This document shows, piece by piece, positions 48,644 through 58,143 of a stretch of DNA of 58,143 nt. How positions within the stretch are numbered: the stretch's first letter is position 1; every line of letters begins with the position of its first letter. Made by a program: the position numbers and the translations under genes. This DNA comes from Pelomyxa schiedti (lineage: Eukaryota > Protista > Evosea), in NCBI GenBank assembly GCA_020536535.1, contig JAHLWZ010000891.1:1-58143 (forward strand), written 5' to 3'. Below the pieces are notes generated by a model that was given only the letters and a program-made list of their open reading frames with translations, did not search any database and was not told where the DNA came from.

Positions 48644-50743
48644 ATGGATCTTCTGCGAGACCCCGCGCGAAACAAAGGAACCGCGTTCACCCTTCGGGAG
48701 AGAGAAGAAAATCACGCCCGGGGCCTGCTTCCTTGGTCTCACGAAACTCTCGAACAACAGGTTTTTTTTCCCGTGTTTTTTGGGTGCCGTGCGTAACGTT
48801 AATGTGGCACTAGGCGGCTCGTGCATATGCGCAACTTTGCGAGATAGACAAACCACTAAGAAAATACATTTTCCTGGACGACACCGTAAGTGCTGACACT
48901 CTGGGTGTCTTGCATAATCTGACTCTGTTTTAGCTCCACAGGAATAGAACGCTTTACTACTACCTGCTCTCGAAGCACATCGAGGAGCTTTTGCCTATTG
49001 TTTATACTCCCACTGTTGCCGAAGCTTGCATCAAGTTCGGATTGGAGTTTCGCGCTGCGTTTGGTGAGTCAACTTGTGTTCCTACCGTTATTCTAACGAT
49101 TGGTAGGGATGTATTTTTGCATACACGACCGACATCACATCCGCAGGATGCTGGATAATTGGACAAGACCTGTGGACCTTATCGTTGTTACTGACGGAGG
49201 TCGAATTCTTGGCTTGGGGTCTCTTTGCTTCCCTTTATTTTTGTACTGATTACATTCAGTGATCTTGGCACAAATGGAATGGGCATTCCAATTGGAAAGC
49301 TTGCGCTGTATGTTGCGGCTGCTTGCTTCAATCCAGGTCACTTTTTCCCCAATTCCATTTACCCCCATTCAACCAAGTCTTTTAGATCACACGCTCCCAG
49401 TCATGCTTGATGTCGGCACCAATAACAGAAAGCTACTGGAGGACCCATATTATTTGGGCGTTCGAGCCGAAAGATTACAGGTCATTTGACTCTTGGCAGA
49501 GTTTAAATTTTAACTTCCTTTCAGGATGATCAGTACTTCCCTTTGGTAGAAGAATTCATGACTGCTGTGATGGATAAATGGCCCCACTGCCTCGTTCAAG
49601 TGTGACTCGAAATACTTTTTCTGAGAGAATAATTGTGCAATAGTTTGAGGATTTCCAATCCCCCAGGTGTTTCACTGTACTGGACTTTTATAAAGAGAAG
49701 TACAGATGCTTCAATGACGATATCCAAGGGTAAGAGGGAAAAGCTTTCAAACAACCTCTAACCAAATTAACAGCACTGGTGCAGTTATTGTATCTGGGTT
49801 GATAAATGCCATGAAAGCCACTCGTACCACGGAACACCGTGTGTTATTCTTTGGTGCAGGCAGTGCGGCTACGGGAGTTGCATCTATGCTTTCGTCACAT
49901 ATTTCGGATTCTCGAGCAATTGACATAAGTGAAGCCAGGAAAATGATATATATGTTTGACATTGATGGGCTTGTGTGCACAAGCCGTGGTTCCCTTGCCA
50001 CACACTTGGTCCCTTTTGCCCGGTATTTTGATAACACTAAACCAACCACGACTAATGGACTTTGGCAGAGATGATATGAGTGTCTGCAAGGACTTCCTTC
50101 AAGTTGTGAAATCAGTCCAACCAACTATTCTCATTGGTCTCTCCGGCGCTGGGTCTTCATTCTCGGAGGAAATTCTCAGAGAAATGGCGAAATATTCTGC
50201 CATCCCAATTATATTTGCCCTGAGCAATCCCACCGCTAATGCTGAATGCACTGCAGAACAAGTATGAAAACTCCAGTTTTTACACTCATCCAACAAGTTG
50301 ATTAGGCCTATACTTGTACGGACGGCAAGTGCATCTTTGCCTCCGGAAGTCCATTCCCTCCATACGAGTATAAAGGTGTTATGCACGTTCCAGGGCAAGG
50401 AAACAATATGTTCATTTTCCCAGGTACAAAGAACCGCCACCGGTTGGAGACTTGCTTAACCTCCCTTGTAGGGCTTGGTCTTGGAGCCTGGCTAGCTCAA
50501 TCGAAAATCGTAACAGACCGCATGATTCTCGTAGCCTCAAGGGTTCTTGCAAACTGTGTAGCCGACGAGGATATCTCCAGAGGGAAGATTTACCCCGACC
50601 TGCCTAAGATTCAGGACATCACACGTACTATAGCAGCGGCTGTAATTGAACAGGCTTTCGCAGAGGGCGTGGCTATGCTTCCCGAGAAGCCAAAAAATTT
50701 GCTGGCCTTTGTTGCCGCCAACCAATGGGAACCATTCTACTAG
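48644..50743 (+). CDS. Malic enzyme (NAD(P)-dependent malate dehydrogenase, decarboxylating); multi-exon, possible upstream exons from ~48205
   Basis: [82 protein letters not shown]. Confidence 0.96.
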
Positions 50744-50858
50744 GCTCACTCCATCAAATAAAACTGTGGGAAAAAAAAGAAGCCGTAGAAGGCTTTTTTT
50801 TAAAACACTAAAATCCTTTTTCCCTGTTTCATCTCTTCTTGTACAAGAAGTGCCACTA

Positions 50859-52238
50859 TTACCATTGGGCATTGTATTGATGCACGGCATTCAGCATAGC
50901 AGATATGTTTTGAGGTGGTACATCTGACAGGATGTTGTGCACTTGCTGAAACACAAAGCCTCCGTTTTCTGGCTTCATTGCATTGAGTTGATCCAAAACG
51001 TGGTTGTGAACTGCCTCTGGTGTTCCGTGTGGGAGAACGGCATGTGTGTCACAGCCACCACCCCAGAAGCAAATTCTTTGTCCAGGGTCTGGTGTGTTGC
51101 CGTTAGTAGTAAAGGGGAATTTACGTAGCTAACATACCACTAAACTGTTGCTTCAGTTCTGCTGCATTCATTCCTTTGCAGGAAATTTGAACAGGATTTA
51201 TGGCATCCAAGCCGGCTTCAATCAAATCCGGAAGAAGCTGTCTGACACCACCGCAACAATGAAGCATGACACTGACATTAGGAGCCAACTCCTTGGCTCT
51301 GCGCCACAAACGGGAGTGCCTTGGTTTGAATAGCTCACGGTACATGCGTGGTGACATTAGAGGGCCTGTTTGCATTCCAAGGTCATCACCAAACACAATG
51401 ACATCAACATACGGTCCTACCTGCAGTATAAGTAAGGAAAGTTAAGACCGGGAATATGATCGGAAACTGTGCTCAGGAACTTTTCAAGTGCGGCCATATG
51501 AATATCTGTGAGGGTCTCTAGAAATGCATGACATTCTTTTTTCTCAGAGGCCATCATGGACATAAACTTCTCAGAACCGAACAGATACTGCCCAACTTCA
51601 AATAAACTTCCACCGAACAGACCAATAATTGCTGCCTTTTCACCCTGTTGTGTACGAAGTGATTGTGCCCCCTCACGCAGAACAACTTGTCCCTCAGTGG
51701 ATTGCGAAAGTAACTCCACACTGGATGGTGGGCAACCAATGCAGCACCACATGCACTCTGCCATTGCATCCAATACTCGTGAAGGTGAGATAGGATGTTC
51801 TGCCTGGGCAAGTGGAAAATTGCACTGCTCAAAGTAGAACCCCCCCTGGGGCATTGTCCCGACTACAGTGCCCCCTGTTGAATTCAGACACCAACATCCA
51901 GTTGAAGCATTTTTGGTTGGAACAGCCCACACAGGGACCTGGCAAGGTGTGCTATCAGGCAGAGTCCAGTCTTGCCACCACCTTTGCAAGTTTCAGGTCA
52001 AAAAAGTATACAATGGCCCAAAATCCCGTCGAACACCTTTACCTGTCTTGAAGAGCAAATCCGCGGCCAAGCTCAATTGTATCTACTCCGAACATATTGG
52101 TAATGTCATCATCCAGAATAGCGAGTTGTTGTATAGTATCATAAATCCTTACATTCCTAGCTTCACATGGCAATCCCAAATACCTTTAGCACAAACCACA
52201 ATTTAGAGAAATGTCTTTAGCAAAGTAGTGGTGCAAGT

Positions 52239-52284
<46 letters not shown>

Positions 52285-52524
52285 CAGAAGCAATTGCCCA
52301 CTCCCACCCATAATCCGAAACCAACCGGCACCACACCTCCGCCATTTAGCCAGCGCCATCCCCGATATCCCCGACGATCTGTGTCCCCCCAAATCAAGGG
52401 CCACATCGTGGTGTTGTTGCCCTCCCTCACCATCACGAGCTCTTTGAACCCCCCTGAAATGCAGTGCGTCCAGAACACGCTGCCTCCCCCTGCTCTTATC
52501 CCTCGTGTGCGCACTGCCTCTCAT
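50859..52524 (-). CDS. Uroporphyrinogen decarboxylase / MtaA-CmuA methyltransferase family protein (bacterial-type); multi-exon
   Basis: RQRVLDALHF, DLGGHRSSGI, FGDDLGMQTGPLMSPRMYRELFKP, MLHCCG, AINPVQ, FWGGGCDT..LPHGTPE, GGFVFQQVHNI..DVPPQN. Confidence 0.85.
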
Positions 52525-52598
52525 CCCCGTTATGGGAAACAAAAAAAAAAGAAGGGTTTTGAAACAACTGGCGATTCGTCAGTCAAAAGGGGTAGGGT

Positions 52599-55500
52599 TT
52601 AATTGAGGAACTTCGTGAGGATGGCATCGAATGTCGGGCGTAACTGTGGGTCGTGGCTCCAACAGGCCTTGAGGAGACGTTCAGCCCAATCTGGGCATGT
52701 CCATCTGTGGCTGAAGACCTCCGGGGCTTCCAGCAGTACCCTCTGGGGGTTGAACGGCTGCGCAGCAAACAGGCAAGATACGGAGCGGGATATCCTCTGT
52801 TCGTTGCCGAACGGGTCTGGGTCCGAGGGCTGCGGCGGAGTGGGGCCTATCTCGCCGCTGTGGATGAACGGGACCATAGCGTTCTCCATGAAAACGCCGT
52901 GGAAGAAGCGGTGGTCGGTGTCGAGATGGCCGAAGGGGTGGGTGAATGGGTCGATGAGTGACCGGCAGAGAAACGCGAAGCTCCACACGTCCACGGGCCG
53001 GAGCTCGGATTTGATGTCAGCGTGCATCTCCGGAGGATAGAATATTGACACCTTGCGGGGGTGCAGCTTCTGCTTCTCGTGCACCGTCTGGCACAGTCCA
53101 AAGTCGGCAACTTTGGCAAACGGGGGGCTCTCCAATGAACAGATAAATACATTACCTTGTTGGAAATGTTAAGTTTCAGAATGGTGTACGTATTACCCTC
53201 ACCTGCGTGAAGATCGAGATGAGCTATGTGCTGACTGTGCAGATATTGCATAGCGGTTGCAATGTCGGTTATTATTTGTTTGCGAAGTGCAACAGGGAAT
53301 ACTCTCTCAAATGAGCATCGCTGTTCATGTTCACTGCTGTACAGACTGGTGAATTTCTGTTGGCAAATTGTTATGAGTTCACTCAGATCAGGTTTGCTCG
53401 GTCGCACTTCTCCAAAGAATGTCTTCATGTCGGTTGTGAGGGTGGGAGGAGGAATGAGTTCCATTACAATTTGGATACTCTCGGATACCCTGACACCAAG
53501 CATTTTGACAATGTTTTCGTGATTGAGTTCGCTCATGAGTCGGATTTCTGCCTTGCACTGTTGCAAGGCATCTTGCACACTATAGTCTGATTTTACTTCT
53601 TTAACAGCAACAAGGAGTGGCTTGTTGTTCATCATCATCTTTCCCTCAAATACTGATCCAAAACACCCTTCACCCAATTGTCTCCCCGTCAAGTGAATTT
53701 CCTTGGTGAGAATCTGCTCAAGGTCTGGGGCAGCATGTGTAACATGCACAGATCGGCCTTCTACGGGGCAAGTAAGGAATCCATCAACTTTATTTGCCAG
53801 GGTAAGAAAGCAGTCTTCCAGAGACCAATAGTGCACGGGCAACAACGTAACTGGGTTCGTTGCTGGGAAAAGCTCGACTAACTGCCTTTGGTCATTAGGG
53901 AGACAATAAGGACATGCAACAAGGACTTCTACACTTGTCATGGATAGTTGTAGAAGAGTTTCTATCATTTGAACAACTCTAGTGAAGGAAGTGGCCTTAT
54001 CAGTTCTGTTGGCATAGAGAGCCCAAAGGAGAATTGTTTTCCTTTCCTTGTGAACACTGACAGAAATACTCTGCGTCCTGGAACTTAAAACCACTCCCGT
54101 ATTCCAAATTAAAACTGGGGAAAAACCAGGAGTGCAAGACTGCAGCTGTGCCAGTATATCTGAGAAAAAGGAGAAGGCCTCCAAAGGATTCTTGCTGATG
54201 AACAATCTTGCTTGGCGCCATTGAGGCAAAAAATCTACATTGGTGATAAGAAATGGTGTTGAGGGAAGATATGCAGGTAGAATCAGTTGAGTTATCGTGT
54301 GATCCCCAAAGCACAGTGTGTATGGGATGAAAATACTGAAAACTTCTAGTAGTCTGCAGGTTTTTTGCAATGCCTCATCAGGAGAAGTGAAGCCCAAGAT
54401 CCCTTGGCATGTATGTTGAATGGGGTTGTCACTACAGGAGGCAGCCCTGACCTCATGCATTGCTTTGTTGAACCACTGAGGTTTCAGAACGACAATATTG
54501 GATAATTCAGAGTCATATCTTAGTTTTGATTTGAAGTGAATAAGAGTGCCACAATCCTCTAAAAAATCGGCGCACATCATAGCCTCTTTCTCATTCACCG
54601 GTTTATTAGGTGATTTAAAAATGTCCAAGAACTCATTCCATGTAATAATCTCTTCAGATTTGTTGAGAACAGTTGTTCTCATGTCACACCATTTCCTTGG
54701 AACAAAGTTCTTGTGGGATCTAAAAACTTGTTCAAAAAGTAAATCCAGGAAGTCTTTTCGCGTTATCTGTGTAATCTTCTCTTGCCCCACAGGTGGTCTA
54801 GGCATGAAACGAATGAGTTCCACACGAGTTTTAGGATTTCCTATTGAAGCGGGCACCAAAACTCTACTTGAAGCAAGCACCAGAGCAACATTTCCTGTCT
54901 GAATCGATTCTAAAACACGTAGACGCTCATTTACAGGGATGATATCCAGGCGAGTTCCAACGAGGACTATGATTGCGGAACTGTGTTGCCGGTGCAAACT
55001 ACAAACCCAAGTTGAGATTTCCCAATTGGTTGCAGTAGAATCCTTCCTAAGGGCTTCCAAACTGAAGCATACAATAAAAACAGAACAGCTCTGGAGAAGA
55101 ATTCTGTATGTTGGTTGCTGTTTTGCTGTGTGACGGTCAAAAAAAAACTTCTGCATCTTGGAAAAAATTACCAACAATGTCCCAAGCAGTGACAGTCCAT
55201 TTAGATGAGACCCGCCCCTCTCCTGAGAGCCTACGTTGATTTCCACTTGGAGTAAGCCCACTATGTGTGTCTGGTTTACTTTCATGCATGAATTCAAAGT
55301 CGTGGACTTGGGTATCTGTATGATCAGAGGCAGCTTTCACTGATTTATTTGCCATATGCAGTAAAAACGTTGTTTTTCCACAGTTCGGTTCCCCAACAAG
55401 AGCTATCTTAGTGTGATAATATTCAATAGGGTCGCCACACTGAAGATATGCCTTAGTGGACTCCCAGTCTTTTCTGCAATTGGTAGGAATGGAAGAGAGG

Positions 55501-58143
55501 GGGTTGCCCTCCAATTCAACAGTAGGAAACCTGGAAAGCTTGGGAGGAAGCTGATGGAACTGGTTGAAATTGAGGTACACTATTGGGGCACAGAAAATAT
55601 CAAAGAAATTTTCAGGGAGAGTGTCCAAAGAGAGGTGAGACAAATGTAATTTCGAGAGACTGTAGGACTTGTGCAGGGGTAGGGAGAAATTGACATTTAC
55701 GGAATTTTGGTGATGCTCATCTATGCACCGTCTTGCAAAAAAATTTCCAAGCCTATCCAGTCGTGCTGAAACCCTTTTCTGGCTAACCATCTTTTCCAAT
55801 ATGGGATCACAGTCGGAGGTTGGGATGTTGAGCAGTTTTTCAGTGAAGAGAGCGGACAATGTATATCTACATTTGCGAGACTGCTGGACTGCCTTTAAAA
55901 TTTCTATGGACTGATCTGGTGCCAGTGAGATGCCTGCATGAGTCGATAACACACAGGTTGGGAGGCCACTATTAAAACGGCATAGGGCAGTAAAGCTTGA
56001 CAGAAGGTTGTGCAGTAGACCAGGGGATTCTGCTCGAAGAATTTTTTGGTACGTTCCGAAGCAATCTCTACAGTTACAAGGTTCGTCCCCGGCAATGCAG
56101 TTAGACTGGCGGAGAAGATTGGCATAGTAAAAAGAATTCATAAACTCTTTGTTCCGGCTCGTGACAAAGGTGACTACTGTTTTCAGTTCTTGTGCAGTGG
56201 TACTATCTATTATGCTCTTATTTCGTTGATGAACTGACTTTTGTTGATATTACCTTCAATCTCCAGCCTGAGAAGGCTGAGGTTCCCTTCAAGATGTGTT
56301 CGTATTTGTGCTATATGTTCCCTCTTTTTTGTTTAAAAAAATAACATAGTCAAACTAAAAAGTCTTTCACCTGAGGGACATCAGTAAAATTTCTAGTGCA
56401 ATCCAAAGCTGTGAGGGTGCTGTTGTACTTGAGGCTCCCAAAAATTTGGCTGAGCGCCTGGGGAAAGAGTTTGTTTCCTATTACCCTTTGTCACCAAGTC
56501 AATGGAAAATTTGTTCAACAACCACTTATGTTTAGATAGCGGAGTGACGTGTTTATAGTGATTATCTCGGCAAAGGTTTCTCCCGTGTAAGGCTCGAAGT
56601 TATTTCCTGTGCCAATTAAAATTCGAGTTGAAGCTCAGAGTTACCTTGAAGGTCTAATGCCTTGATTGTTGAGTGTACTGTCAGTACACGCGAAAGACTT
56701 ATTAGCATATCGCTGCTAAGCTGAGCGTCTTTAATCACAGTCAGTAATGGTTTAGGGTATTCACCAACATGCTAGAATTAGAACAGAAACAGAATAGTTC
56801 CCCAGAAAGCAAGTTAATTGTTTCATTATCTTCTGCCTGTTGTTCTTCTATTTGTGTAAGTTGTCAAATACCTGAACTACAACCTGGAGGTATTTTTTCT
56901 TGATTTCTTCTTGTTTTTTTTCACAGACTATTTGGTCCCGGGAACCATCTGACCCAATGTAGAAAATGGGTTTTTGTGAGGTGACTGCCTCAGTAATAGT
57001 CGAAGGATTATTCTACAAAAGTTAAGTTGAAAAAAAATAAATAAAGTGATAAGTACCACTGCATTAAAGATGCCCATGAGAGAGACACCATACTCAAGAA
57101 GGGTGCGGCCACATGGTGAGAGTGTACTTGCAGTTCGGTCCCAAAGGTAGTTCAACAAAGAAGAGTCGATTTGCTGAAGAAGATTACCACAGAGTAAAAG
57201 AATAACTACCATACGTCTGGCAACTGACCCAACTCTAACAATACACGTAAACATCTTACTTGGCTATTACGTACAGCATGAAGCACAGGGGGTATCTTGA
57301 TGAATGAGTTTTGTAGTCTAAACTCTCTTCCGGCATATACCTCACCAGGAGATGGAGAATATTTCGCCAGGAGCTCTACAATGCATTTTACATGGCCTCT
57401 TCTAATTGAGCAGTGCAATGGTGTCTTGGTAAGTCAGTATTGCATTAAATACCACAAAGAGCTAGATTACTTCATTACTCTATGGTGGAGTAAGGGAAAC
57501 CAAAAAAAAGTTCTGTGAAGGTACTCTCTGTTCAAGGTTCAGGAATAGAGGTTTAATCAAGAAAAGACGTAACAAGGAACATGTAAAAATTAGTCAAAGA
57601 ACAACAGCAGTCACACTTACATCCTATGAATATTTCAGGAGTCAATAAAAAAGAGTGGTGGGATACATGAATATTACACAGGGCCTCCTTGTTCAGTAGT
57701 AACCGCACAAAATTAGTCCATCCACTTTCAGCAGCATAGTGAAGAAGTACCTATTGTACATTATTGTGGAATGAATTACTGAGCTCACACACCCTCTGTG
57801 ATCATATCGATTGGAGGGAGGAAAAAAACCTGTCAACACAAACGAGAGCAATAAAAATTGTACCTGCTATAAGCAAATTAAGTCTTATCGAGTGGGGAAT
57901 TGAAAAAGGAGGTGATAGTACATTCTATCGTAGGAGAGATTCCAGTAAGAAGTTAGCAAAAGTGGGCTTGAAAGTGCAGGAGGGGAAAAGGATTTTACTT
58001 CCTATTGGTAGTCAGAAGCATTGCCAATAACGCAGACCCGTAGGTCGAGTCCGCATAACTCTCATCCACATTAACTGGCACACGTGGAGCAGTAGCCGAC
58101 GTCGGACTCATACTTGGTGAAGAGCTGAAAGACGGGAGAGTGA
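52599..58143 (-). CDS. Roco protein kinase (ankyrin - LRR - ROC - COR - TKL kinase), 5' part beyond the window; multi-exon
   Basis: ANK LLHYAAESG, PLHCSIRRGHVKCIVELL. LRRs ending LEGNPLSSIP. ROC LVGEPNCGKTT, VLVGTRLD. COR FLEDCGTLIHF, VVLKPQW. Kinase GEGCFG, VAVK, HLDLHAGN, VADFG, DVWSF, CWSHDPQLRPTF. Confidence 0.9.

Noticed and set aside
47108-52524. Bacterial contamination or endosymbiont contig
   Set aside because: The bacterial-like genes contain spliceosomal introns and are interleaved with eukaryotic genes.
1-58143. tRNA, rRNA, snoRNA genes or an alternative genetic code
   Set aside because: No RNA gene is recognisable by eye. Conserved genes read with the standard code, and their in-frame stops fall in introns.

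Overview
Gene-dense eukaryotic (protist) DNA with short GT-AG introns, often containing homopolymer tracts, and very short intergenic spacers. It looks amoebozoan and possibly anaerobic (Archamoebae/Pelomyxa-like); this assignment is an inference only. There is one 100-N scaffold gap. Genes in order: EF-hand/CH protein, F-box/LRR protein, GT-A-like membrane protein, beta-trefoil-like + aegerolysin-like protein, dyskerin (CBF5/DKC1), MYND-NTMT1 fusion, bacterial-type aminopeptidase N, M50-like membrane peptidase, hypothetical protein, UIM-RING-H2 E3 ligase, ankyrin-like pseudogene, tandem TKL pseudokinase/kinase pair, RING-coiled-coil-CMGC pseudokinase, RhoGAP-SH3-Ras fusion, an ~11 kb type I highly reducing PKS, a MEDS-domain protein, malic enzyme, a URO-D/MtaA-family protein and a 5'-truncated ANK-LRR-ROC-COR kinase (Roco). 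The most striking element is the PKS (KS-AT-DH-cMT-ER-KR-ACP-TE). It carries an in-frame ~540 aa N-terminal domain resembling CrtI/phytoene-desaturase-type flavoproteins. It is followed by an intron-containing prokaryote-type MEDS sensor, malic enzyme and a bacterial-type URO-D/methyltransferase gene. All domain calls are by eye from motifs, and exon boundaries are approximate.
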